From: Catajapyx aquilonaris
Taxonomy: Eukaryota
Length of the DNA: 58,378 nt
NCBI GenBank assembly: GCA_000934665.2
Contig: JYFJ02002369.1
Span: forward strand, 1 to 58,378
Direction: 5' to 3'
Position numbers and translations under genes: made by a program. Of the stretch, positions 38,562 through 51,000 are shown one piece after another. The notes beneath the pieces are model-generated. The model worked only from the letters and a program-made list of their open reading frames with translations. It was not told where the DNA came from and made no database searches. Each line of letters starts with the position of its first letter. Position 1 is the first letter of the stretch.

Positions 38562-38994
38562 ATGGACCAAGATCCTTCGCCTCTTTCGGACCCGTCAATT
38601 GGCGCTTCTCTCCGTCCCTGGGTCCCATCCGTCATAGTCATCGTAAGCGCCGTCGTTCTTTGGATCGAACATCTGATGAGTGAGACTGATGCCCCACATA
38701 GTGACAGCAGCGGCCAATATGAGGGCAGCATGGCCCGCAATCAGGCTCTGCTTTATCAGGAAAATGCAATTTCCAAGATAATCGCTATGAATACTACGAA
38801 TAGTGCAGTAACAGGAATTTCTGTTGGCATTTCGATGGTGGCTGAGTGTGTCTTCCAGACTCCAGTTGACTGCGATAGATAATAGCATTACCGGTATCCT
38901 TTTTGTGTGCTGCTTGGAATGGACTGTGACACAGCCGTTTGACTATGACCCTAAGCAGCAGAGGTGTGTGCTGTTCGGTGATGCTGACTGCTGA
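38562..38994 (+). pseudogene. Broken TM + ChtBD2 (CBM14) gene, viral 11K (Ac145/Ac150)-like architecture
   Basis: Hydrophobic WVPSVIVIVSAVVLWI, then across frameshifts FCWHFDGG*VCLPD/PVDCDR**HYRYPFCVLLGMDCDTA/FDYDPKQQRCVLFGDADC*. Five of six Cys are present with ChtBD2 spacing. Confidence 0.55.
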
Positions 38995-39165
38995 TCTGCC
39001 TTCATCTCGACTTATTTAATAAAGTCGAGAGGAAGGTAGCAGCCGTCAGCATCACGAATGAGGTCAGTGCTACTGAAGCATATCATTCGTCCCGTCTTAT
39101 AGGCTATTATACGTACTGTACAATGCAATAGATGTCGGTGCCACAGGAGGATAACTGCAACATAC

Positions 39166-39167
<2 letters not shown>

Positions 39168-39252
<85 letters not shown>

Positions 39253-39253
39253 A
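39168..39253. repeat. (AAT)n(AAAT)n compound microsatellite
   Basis: Read directly. Confidence 0.95.
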
Positions 39254-39406
39254 ACCAGGTAGAGGTATCCCATGTCCTGATTTGTTCTGAATTACCCCGG
39301 GTGACCCTGAATTATTTTTAAAAACAACAATCCCATATATGAAATGTTGTGGTACCGTATGTTTCTTACTGTTTTCGTGCATACCGCAGACTTATGGCCG
39401 TCATCC

Positions 39407-40028
39407 GTGCCGTTTGACACAATGAACTATGGAGCCTTAATTATTATTGCTCTCGTGGAGTAACTTTACGCCGCGGTGAGTTTGTTATATAGGCCTACAC
39501 AACGTCTCTGATTGGCCCATGCGAACGCACTGGTGCAACAGTGAGTTCTTGTGGGCCATAATCAGAGAGTAAGTTGCACACAATCATCTCGTCGGCGTAT
39601 ATAAATACTCCGTGCGAGTGAGAATGATACACAGCGTTACTGAGTAGATATTATGTTAATGCGCATATACTTACGTACCGTTAAGCAGCAACAATGCACG
39701 CCAAGCGACCAGCAAGATGCAAACAAAAGCAAGGCGAGTGCTGAAGAGGACCGTCTCACCGTTACTGAAGGTTATATGACATCATATAACCTTCAATAGG
39801 CGATCCTCCGATATACGTGTCAGGAGGCACAATAATTCGTGCCATATCACTCTCGCGGACGCATTAGGAGAATGACACAGAGGATATGTGTCGTGCCTGT
39901 GTCACGCGACACATTACCGAGTCTGACACAGGTCAACGTGCCTTGTGGCACATGATGACACTCAAAATCGGATTCAACACAGCAAGGTGTGTCGTGAGAC
40001 ACAAATACGTGTGCCGCTTTTCTGGGTG
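39407..40028 (+). repeat. Direct repeat of 35689-36311
   Basis: Near-identical ~620 bp, same orientation, 3.7 kb apart. Confidence 0.92.
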
Positions 40029-40603
40029 TTACGTATATGGATTATTATTATTATGATTATCGGCCGCCTTAGGTCTAATTATTTCAGGGAACAGGCGTAG
40101 GTCTGTATGCTGATGATGATTTATGTGTAAGCAGCTTCAACGATGTCGGCGGTCTACGAAACGAAGCCGAAATCTGCTGCACTACCAACTGAAATGACTT
40201 TGTCGCAAGGCTAAATATTAGATGAAGTTCGCACATTTGGCAAAGGTCTTTTGTATCAGCTTACGTATGTACTGTACTGTACGTATAATACCAAGCGGCA
40301 AGCGCTAATAAACTCTTGGTAATACTCTTGGTAATATTGGTGTACGTAAGACAAGTTTTCAATATTGTATCGGAATACATTGTTGCATCTTGATGCTCTC
40401 TCACCATCCGTCACATAAGGCCACGTTCTGATGCGTGGTTTCTGTCTTTGTTAAGGGGGCCTCTCAAATACTACAGCAAGAGTTTAGTCCTTTGTTCAAT
40501 GTGCAGCATCCCCTGCGTACCCAGAGCATGGTAAACTATAATATGTAATATTGTTATTGTGTACGTATACGGTATACCTTACATCTAAAAATCATGTGTC
40601 TTA

Positions 40604-40750
40604 GGGCCGTTTTCTCGAACAGTGGTTCAAATGTAAACCAGGTTCATAGCCAGTTTAATCCCTGATTTGATTGTTGTTAGGCTGTTGTCAAGGGTTTAAA
40701 TCGGCTTTGAACCGGGTTTACATTTGAACCACTGTTCGAGAAAACGACCC
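40604..40750. mobile_element. Harbinger-like MITE, copy 1
   Basis: ~43-bp TIR GGGCCGTTTTCTCGAACAGTGGTTCAAATGTAAACC; TTA TSD. Confidence 0.9.
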
Positions 40751-42448
40751 TTATTATGGGCTGTCTTAGAACCCAACATATGTCTTGTATCTGTGATTCC
40801 TTAGAAGGCCTCCGCCCAGCAGTGTTGATGGACATGTCTGCACAATGAACAATTCCCTCCAGCATGTAATGATTTGTACCAATATTATACACTATTACCA
40901 GTCCTAGTGTCTGGTAGATGAGTCGCTTCAATGTCCACGGCGAATAGGTTGTTCCATACTCTCTCTGTGGCATCCATCCAGTGCAGCTTCCTCTTTCTCG
41001 TTTCTATAATGCTGATTGGAGGAGAAATAATTCTTACCTCTGACCTTCCTGCCGTATACAGATGTATTTATTGACAGCTGACCTCAGTGGAAGTAGGGGC
41101 ATCATTCGACCATTCAGGTCGCGACCAGCTATCAAAAGAGATTGTTTGGACTTAGCGTATATGTGACCTGTAAGACAGTGCGCATTTTTCTGTCCACTTG
41201 AACTGATCAGGTTTGTAGGTACACTTGGTATAGGCATATTGCAGAGCAGTCATGCAACGTGATGCGTTGCTCTGCGAAAGGAGCGCGCCGTTTCCACGTG
41301 CAAGGAATAGTAGGTACAACGTATAGGGCTGTAGACACAAAGAAAATGTGGGTCACCATCCGAAATGGCTCCATCTCCAATGATCTCATCATCTCCACCC
41401 GTATCCTTCCCTGCGGCAGCTTCCTTCGTTCGTCGAGTTGCGTACTGACATACTCCCTCGTGCATTGGTTTGTTGTTGTCATGGCCTCTTCTAACCACAT
41501 CTTCTTGTATGCCGCCCTCGTTGGCCTCACACATGCACTCCACCTTGTGCGTTTGTGAGTTAAACCTCCTCTCCCTCTATTGTTGTAGTATCATTGGTGG
41601 ATAAGTCTATGTCACAAAAATTGTTTCGTGCAGACTCATCTTGGCGCGATGGTCATGTATTGGCGGGATGTGTTTGTCCAAAACTTTTTCGACGTAGGTC
41701 GCGTGACATAACTTATGTACGTATTGCAGGTGTATTGCCAGCAGATCCGTCAGACGTGATCTGCAATGCACGCTCAGTACACCAGTGGTAATCGCGAAGT
41801 ATACTGTTCCACGGGATGAAACCCTCGGAAGAGGGAAGACTCGACGGAAAGAGTAAATGAAAATTGTACTCACTTTTCCCTGGGCAAGTGGCATGGTGTG
41901 GTTCCGAGCATACCCTGCTCTGTGAGACGCCAATAATATTGTATGTTGGAATGTACAGCCTGGAGCTGTATAGGTGATTAGCTTCTGCATGTACCGCGCG
42001 CACATCGTCACCATTGCCCATTCATGTAGGGTGTTCCAATAGAAATGCCTCCAGTGACGGAAAGTCTCTCTCTGAAATTCAGTTTGAGGTGACAACAGTT
42101 TTGTGTATACATAATATAGGAATGCTTAGTCGATATGTGGTACGGTGTATTACTGTGATTGTGAAAACCACTCGACTTATGAGGTCGGTTTCGCTAGTGG
42201 CATCCATGCAGAAAGGAACAAAAAGAGAATTGATGCTGGGGATGCAGCACCACGGCCCCAGTGGTGAAAGTATACGCATCTCTTTTGCTATAATAAAACC
42301 AAAATGAACTCTCAGGATGCATATCCAGGTCGGTCGGATAAAAGAATTTTCCCGCCAGAGTTCCCTTTCATAGATTCTGACGCCCCCCCCCNCCCCCCCC
42401 CCCCCCCGCATTTTTCAGTATATATGGCTACTGAGAAATAATAATAAC

Positions 42449-42503
<55 letters not shown>
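42449..42503. repeat. (GAT)n microsatellite
   Basis: Read directly. Confidence 0.95.
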
Positions 42504-43485
42504 TCCTCTATCACTCTATATACGTACTTATTGACATGATTGGATCAAGTCATACTGCGTTGTACTGTGGTCCTCCATGTGGGGCCTCGGTGCGGGGTGG
42601 CCCATTACTATATCTCTACACGAGCATCTCCTTGTGCTGTACTGCTGCGATTTATCTTGGGAGTTATTGAAAAATCATGAAAAACAGCGAAGAACAAGAG
42701 TTGAACAGAGGGCTGTTCATTCCGTCAACAAATGGATCATCCTACAAGGGTCACAGGAGTTGATGCATTGTGTCGACCGAGAAGTGAGACCAGTCGCCTG
42801 GTGCTTCTCTGTAACTACAACTGCTCGTTCCATATAAGTGCTGCGGAGGAGGTCATGCAAGTGCTTCGCATGAGTATACCCTCCTTATTGGAATAACTGA
42901 CATGATTGTCGGCATTCCATTCAAGTCAGACTATATTATAGGATCCCCGAATGAAGGCGGAATATTATTGAAGCTCTTCTCTTCCTCATGTATGTATAGC
43001 TCCCTTTCACATGAACATGAGTATGATTGTCTCGAGAGGCCAACAATGGTGGACTTGCATGTAAGGATGGAAACTATTACCCATAATAATCTCTGTGTAT
43101 TGCCATAGCAATTTTAAACCTCTAAGTCTAAGAGCTCCCTTGCTTTGTAGAGTTGTTACTGCCGCGATTTGTCAAAAGGCATCGAATCACGTCGTACCTA
43201 TTTTGAGATAATAGAGTTTAAAGGTTTGGTATTTGGTTACTTCAGTTAATGACACTAAAAATGTGAGTGTTCATATTAGGCTATATCACCACGGCAGCGT
43301 CCAGGTCATTGCAATGCGCCGAGGAAAGTAACTCATGGGTCACACCTCAAAATATTCAAACAACTCTGTAAAAGACCTTTTGCCAACTCACCCTTGAATA
43401 ACTGCGCCTTATCTTATTAAAACGGTACCGGTATTAACGAGCGAGCCTTAATTGATATGAATTCTTAACGAAGAGAGTTTAGTAA

Positions 43486-43635
43486 AGGCCATTTCACAAA
43501 AAAAATGTCGCGCGGCAAACGGCGCGACTTGCGGCAAATTTTTATTTATATTTATTGTTGCCAATTGTTGGCAACAATAAAATTTGCCGCAAGTCGCGCC
43601 GTTTGCCGCGCGACATTTTTTTTGTGAAATGGCCT
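43486..43635. mobile_element. Harbinger-like fold-back MITE
   Basis: Perfect ~55-bp arms starting AGGCCATTTCACAAA; TAA TSD. Confidence 0.88.
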
Positions 43636-43896
43636 TAAGACCTGTTATGCCTTATTGTTATGAACAAAGTATGTTCAGGTGGTATTACTGCATTATGATT
43701 GTATACTCGTAGTTAATTGAGACGTTCAGTAACTCTGAAGGTCGAAGCACACTGTAGTACTGGTTGGCCGTTGCTCTAATCTCTCATTCGATCGAGTTGC
43801 TCCCTTTACCCATCAACAATCAATGGGACTCGTCGGAACGGCAAACCAAATGCACGAAGATGTCCTGCATCATCTTCACTATACTTAACCCGGATT

Positions 43897-43944
<48 letters not shown>

Positions 43945-43953
43945 GGTAGTAGT

Positions 43954-44455
43954 AAGGTGGGTTTATACTCCGCCGTAAGGGGCACTACGGCAGCTTACGG
44001 CACGCCTTCTGCTGTATCGCCAGCGCACTACGGCATGAATTTCAACTCCCTACGGCCGCTGCAAAAGTTGAACGAAATTCAACTTTTCAGCTACGTCATA
44101 AGGCCACTACGGCAAAAAAAAAATGGTGGCTCCGCAAAGCTCCGCAATGCTTGCCGTATGTGTCCGAAAGCTGGCTCGTAAGGCATACTCCCGGAACGAT
44201 TTGATTTTTGGCCAGCTAATATGATCATTGCCGAGACCCATGGACGTTTTTAGTATTAAAAAATTTAAGTCCAAAATCCGTGGCAGACCGGAGCTGCGGA
44301 CACCTGGCGGACACCACGGGTACTAGGAATCCAGCAATGCTTGACATACAGTAGACGTGCAGTAGCTAGTATAAACCGCTTGCAGTAGCAGGCTCGCTTT
44401 CTTTACGGCGCTACTGCTACTTCTCGCCCCTTACGGCGGAGTATAAACCCACCTT
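43954..44455. mobile_element. TIR MITE inserted in a (CAG)/(TAG)/(GAT) microsatellite
   Basis: 30-bp TIR AAGGTGGGTTTATACTCCGCCGTAAGGGGC; TAG repeats on both sides. Confidence 0.82.
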
Positions 44456-44531
<76 letters not shown>

Positions 44532-44872
44532 AAGTCGTGTTGGGTCCGTTGAAGCACGGCATATTATATAGCCTAGGAGGCTGCGTAAGAGGCAGGAACC
44601 AATAATATATTCTCTCATGGCTGGGGTCACATTAAAGGCGATTAGAAGGCTCTACGTGGTTGAATATAACAACTCCTATTCCTCGATCACTGCTGGACAT
44701 GAAGCATATCCTTCAAGGCAATCCTTTTAGAACTTTAGGTGATGTATATAGGAATGACTGCAACTTCTCCCTGCGGAGTTGGTGTGGCTCTTTGTCGCAT
44801 CCGAATCGGTTACTTCGGTCAAATGAGAATTTTACACGCGACATTGACACCTGGATTCCTCAACGAAGCAAC

Positions 44873-44957
<85 letters not shown>

Positions 44958-44964
44958 AATAATA
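44873..44964. repeat. (AAT)n(CAT)n compound microsatellite
   Basis: Read directly. Confidence 0.95.
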
Positions 44965-45494
44965 GTGAGAAGCGATATTATGTGCTGTCCTCACCTGTCT
45001 CTCTCTCTCTCCCAATCATTTCTGACATGGTCCAAGAGAGACTCGTCCAAATGCAGGTTCACAACTGAAAGCTTGGATGATGGTGAAATGGGGTTAGGCC
45101 TGTGGCTCCGTCCCATTTCTTCTACTCTGCCATACGGTATGTCCTCAGCGGACGGCTCGGCACATTATTCTTGTTCTCAGGTCACTATCATGGTCACTCT
45201 AACACTGGCCCTGTCACTGAGGGAATCTCTGCAGAAGTATCCGTATGTGTGTTCTTCAGTGATTGGGTCCTTAAGCATACGTTATACCCACCAGCATGTC
45301 CTATACGGGTCTCCCTCGAAAAAGCGGACCCCACTGACATATTCATTATTTTATACTGTGCACACACTTAGAAATGATAGTAATGATTATGAGGAAACAA
45401 TTTCTTAGTGGGCATAATGAGCCAAATGGTTTATGGAAATGATGCAAAAAAAAGTTATTTTCCCCCTCTAAAAGCCCCCACCCGGCCGGCTCTA

Positions 45495-45548
45495 CCCCAA
45501 ATATACACCAAATATACCCCAAATATACCCCAAATATACCCCAAATAA
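45495..45548. repeat. 11-bp tandem repeat CCCCAAATATA, ~4.7 copies
   Basis: Read directly. Confidence 0.85.
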
Positions 45549-47896
45549 GCTAGAAAAAAACCCGGCTGATTTATATGCATTCAATAATTGAAACCAGGTT
45601 CTTTTCATGTCTTCTTACGGTGTTTTTGGAAATGTTTTTGCTTGACATTACCGATGAACAACAAAAGATATTATACCGGTATACTGTAACAAAGACGAAC
45701 CCGCAGGCGAGTGTCTTTATACTGATGAAGATCAGGCTAATAATATTATTACAATTTACCCTAATGGTTGCTACATCAATATTAATAACGATAATAGGGA
45801 TAATGATGATAGTTGCTCTGCATGAAGTCATGCAATATATTGGCAGGGATGGTGCAAGACTGCAGATAGACAGTATAGCATATACAGAAGATCGCTGAGA
45901 TCGTCTGCGTGGCTTTTGATTCTTGGAGTCATGATCGGCCTGCTCGTTGAAATCCACTTGACAAGTTCTACATCAAGCAAATGACTGTGTCGCGTAGTTC
46001 ATGATTGTATAGGCATCAATCACTCGCCTTCTAAGACTGTAGGAGTCAAATAATGAGATGAACTTCATTCACATCATTATCTATGTATAGTGTTACAGTC
46101 ATGTCCAGTGGTTACACTCATAATGTGGAGTTTAAAAAAAGCGATAGATGTTTTTGAGTGTACGTACGACGTATGACTCGCTGACTTCCTCCTCCTCCTG
46201 CTCTTCGGATTAAAAGAAGTGCCGCTGGGGATATTTCACGAACACCAGCATCTTTGCTATCCTCCATGCAAAGCGACGACGGGAGCGGGAATTATTGGTG
46301 ATCATAATATTATATTATATAGGGAGCCCAACATTATGTTTTCTCAAGGCATGGCAATTAGCATAAAATGATGTACAGTACGTGGATAAAATAAGGAATT
46401 CCAGACAAACATCTTCGTTCTGTGGGTGCTGCAGTGTCGATTATGATGGAATCAAGTTTGGGTCAAATTCAAACTTCTTCCGGAATTCGACGCGGTATTA
46501 CTCACGATGTGGTTGACTTCTTGGTGGTCGTTATTACAACCGAGTCAGTGGAAAGACTGCTCGATATTGGTGCATTGCTAATATAATTAAAGCCAAGGTG
46601 ACAGGCTCGCGAGTGACGTGTCATTGTCAACCTCCCTCAAATGAGGCAGAAGCAGCCCCATCCTTGCCAACTTCTATCATATGTAATATTATGCATTGTG
46701 TGTGATTCGGCGCTCTTTCGATTGCCTTCATTTGGTTTTTGCAGTCTTATTTATGCACACGAGTGGACGGATTTAATTCAGACCATTCTGCTTCAGCCAT
46801 GGGCCTGTCGCCTAAAAATCAGCTCACGTATCCTTCGCAATTTCCCATTTTGCAGAGCTGTAGGCCTATACTGTATAAACATCTGAAACTACGTTGTATG
46901 CTTATTATGGTCCAAATGCAGCGCTACCAACAAGCAATATGTGATATCGATGAAATCTTATGACAGCTAGAGCCACGTTATGCACAAATCAAGATAAAGA
47001 TGCATAGAGGGGAGGAAACTGCCAGGCGCCGAGAGTGTCAGGCTGAGGTATTCCCCAGCAGCAGGCTCAAAATAATATCCAGTATATAATATTATACAGT
47101 CTTGTGACTCTTGTCCTACTTGCAATGAGCACATTGTACGAGTGTAGGAATACTGTATATTATCTACGGCGAGGCCTTGCTTTCATTCATCGTTTGCTGG
47201 ACGCATGGTGATATTCTTTTCTGCCCCATGTTCACATGGAAGTTCTAATAATTTTATATGATTGTGCTCTTACGTATGCCAGACTTTTCCGTGGTGCTCA
47301 ACACATCGCGGCCACATGACACTTTTTTTCAAGACCTGGTGAATTATTATCAGGTCGACTGCGTTTCTTCATGCGGTCATTCTATTGTTGCTATAAAGCA
47401 TGCAGAGTGCTAGAAAACAATCTCAGGCAATATGAAATTATAGCTGTTAAAAGTCATGGCGAGTTGTTGTTCAAGCAGTTTACCCATAAGGCCCATCGCC
47501 TATTAGACAATGCAATGCACCAATCAGTTCACTACAATCATACTATATAAGGATATTTCAGCGCCAAGGCTAATGTTTCGTATCCAGTGCACATCATATA
47601 GTGGTATAGGCTGTGAGGTCTATACTGCTGTTCTGTGTTCTCGATGGAGCAGGTATACATCACTGGAATTTATTCAATGAGGCCGTTGGAAACACTCTTT
47701 GCCTGAGTCTTGACCGTGACATTGAGTCACCAATCCATGGCGAGAGTATAAAGTGCAGATAATATCGCTTATACATCAGTGTGAATGCGTGTGGACGTGT
47801 GGAGGATTGTTCTACATAATATGACGTAGCACCCGCCATCGAGGTTCTGCCCCACATCACACTCTGTTTTAGATAACTGGCGAGGTTCTTCTCTAA

Positions 47897-48043
47897 GGGC
47901 CGTTTTCTCGAACAGTGGTTCAAATGTAAACCTGGTTCAAAGCCGATTTAAACCCTTGACAACAGCCTAACAACAATCAAATCAGGGATTAAACTGGCTT
48001 TGAACCTGGTTTACATTTGAACCACTGTTCGAGAAAACGACCC
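47897..48043. mobile_element. Harbinger-like MITE, copy 2
   Basis: Same 147-bp family; TAA TSD; core inverted relative to copy 1. Confidence 0.9.
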
Positions 48044-51000
48044 TAAAATTAAGTAAAATTAGCACACCATGGTTCGAGTTTCAAGAACACAGCAACACGA
48101 TCGTGCTGACCATTCCATTCAAGGGTGACAGTAATGAATGTGTTTTCCTCCTGAAGAATAATTGTCGGCCCCTTGTGCGACGCGACAACCTGTTGATGTG
48201 TGTAACTGTGTACCTGCCCTGCATAAAGCCAGTCTGGAACAAATAGAGCTATTCCTGCTTGGTTGCCACAGATGATTCTCCAACAGTCCCGTGTAGGTGA
48301 CATCTGATAACAAAATAATAGTCTTCTGGTAGCATACGTCCATTCGGTTCCATTAGGTCCTTACGACGCCGTCAATATTATTAAGAAGTAACCGCCTAAT
48401 GGTTGATATATGGCCAGGTGCATTGTCTCACCAGGACCTCATTCGTTGAGACTGTTTGTTCACAACTCGTCCTCAGGTGATCGTCTCTTGCTTTCCCTCA
48501 ATCGAAGTCAGATAGTCCTCCTCCGTCTATGTTTTGGGGGACAAATTAACTACTATACAAAGATGGCAGCCATTATACTGGCGCATCAAAATAATGTGAA
48601 AGATATATACTGTAGTCTGGGCGTCTGGGGTTTTCCCATATCTAATAACACATGCACCAAGGATTTAGCAGATTATGACTTCTGTTGCTAAATAACAATA
48701 TTTATTGTTGCCGGTTTGATGAATTTAGTTTGTGAGATAAGTTGCCTTATTTCCTCCCATTTTTCCTCTTAGCGACTATACTCTCTCCAGCACCTGTCCC
48801 GTCATTTGGGTCTTCCAATAGACATGAGGCCTTTGTTGCTATAGTTTGGCTTTTCCCAAGGAGACAAACAAAATAATGATATATTACTGACTGTGTATTT
48901 CCCCGTGCTTTCAGGAATTCAACATTTGTAGTGTGATTTATTCATTATTCAGTAAGATTTGCAGCCTTGGCGTTCCCGGTAAAAAGTAAAATACATAATA
49001 TAGAATAATGCATTATGTCAAGCAAACTGGCATAGGTCTATAATTTTCGGAATAGAATGACGTACTGTACGTGGCTCCATCAGCTCCGCTGCTTCATTTC
49101 TGGGAAATGATGACTGACAATAATATTAAGAATCGTATGCCTTGCTGCTATTTTCTACAGTCATGCATACCTCACTTTGCGGTATACTTATAGCTCGAGT
49201 GGATCTCCTCAATAACGTATAGTGTGTTCCCAGCATTGGGATCTTTTCACGTAGTTATAAAAATTTCTCCCTAAGCTGTTAATGTTTGTCGAGGTTCCCA
49301 ATACTACAGTAGCAGCTGATTTATTCGACCACAACATACTGGGAATAGCACATCTGCTGGTTGTGCGGATCAGGTGTATCGATATATGCTGGAGATAAGA
49401 GTGCTGTTCGCAGGTCGAGGTAGGTCGAGGTCCAGGTTCCTCTGTTTGTGTGTTTGGTTGGGGGATCTTCTCTCTCTCTCCCGTCGACGCACGTTTCTTG
49501 CGGCAAAGGAGCGATCTGCCGTACAAACCAAGAGTTCTTTCTCCATCTCTTTACAGACTCTTCCTTCGCACTAATGCAGCTTCGGGTTTTGCTTAAACTG
49601 CATCGCCTTAGTGGTCACATATTCACAGTAGGCGTCATTATTTTGCCATGCTAATCAACCTTCTACTGGGAGACCAGACATACGAAATATACCAAGCGGG
49701 ATGAAAATACAGAAATGAAGAAAAAAAAAGAACCATATACCCGTCATTGCATAGTGTAAGAAATGTAATGCAATACAGTGCAATCCATATACATACTCTT
49801 CTACAACTACTCGTGTTGGTCAGCAGTACGTCCTATTTAGTCCTGATGGCTATCGCGCTATGTCGTTGTAAAGTGTAACCCGGTGTAACCCCCACCAATG
49901 TGCGCGCGCGTGTGGGTCCAGGTATCCCCGAATCGTCGCGGGTCGCGGCATTAGCTAACCCTTGTTTCCATCTTTCATATTTCAATTCTGTTGTCAGGAG
50001 CTCATTAGAGAAGGAGGAATGACGGCGACAATTAACAAGTGGAAGCACAATACAATTAATACTTGTGGAACAATGGCAATACTAAACCTGTTTTGTATAT
50101 CAATGGTTGTTACGCAATATGCATAATGGAAAATAAAGTACTGTACCAGCCTTTCATAATCACAGAAGATCCATTTTCATCCCCAACATTTGAAGGTGAC
50201 TAGAAGTGTTACAATGCTATTGTTGTAAACAAAATTATTCTCGTAGAAGAAATGGAATGGTTTTCTCTGCATTTTGTCCAGTGATCAAGGTGGTGCACTG
50301 TCCGAGAAAGGGTAGGGGGAGAGGTTCGCAATGGCTTACCCCTCACAATCTCTTTAGTGAGCAGCAACCAGTTGGAACCAACACTCGAGGCAACATTCTC
50401 CAGCAACTTCAGAGTAGGAGAATCTATAACCAACTCCCAACCTTAGAATCAAGTCGTCGCAGTCCTACCTGACCTCGTAGGGTACATCGATTCTCGACTG
50501 AGTATAGAGTAGGCTGTCCTGCGGAGCAAACCTTCGTCTGTTCCTCGGCCATCGGATCCGAGGAGGGGTAACGGCGGATGGGCAGCCATATACATTGGAG
50601 ACACATGACTTCGACGATCAACAATGGCGAGGATGAATCACCTGTTGATGTAATGTTTACACGTTGGAGACACATTACTACGATCAACAATTGTCCAGGA
50701 TGCCTCAATTACTGATGTACCGGTATTGGAAATATGAACTTACCCGTCTGTCCTTCTTGAAATCTCGTCGATAATATTCTAGGGTCTTGTTTACATTGGA
50801 GACCCTCTTGACTATCACAACAATGGTCGAGGATGGCACAACTGCTGATTTATTGGAACTATGCACGTGCCAGTAAGTCCTACTTGAAATTTCGTCGAAC
50901 ACTGACCTCAGACATACTTTCTTCGATCCCATGAAAACTTTGACATCAGTAGAAAATGTTTTTGCCGAGTTACCGGCACTTTTATGCTGCTAAGCGTCCC

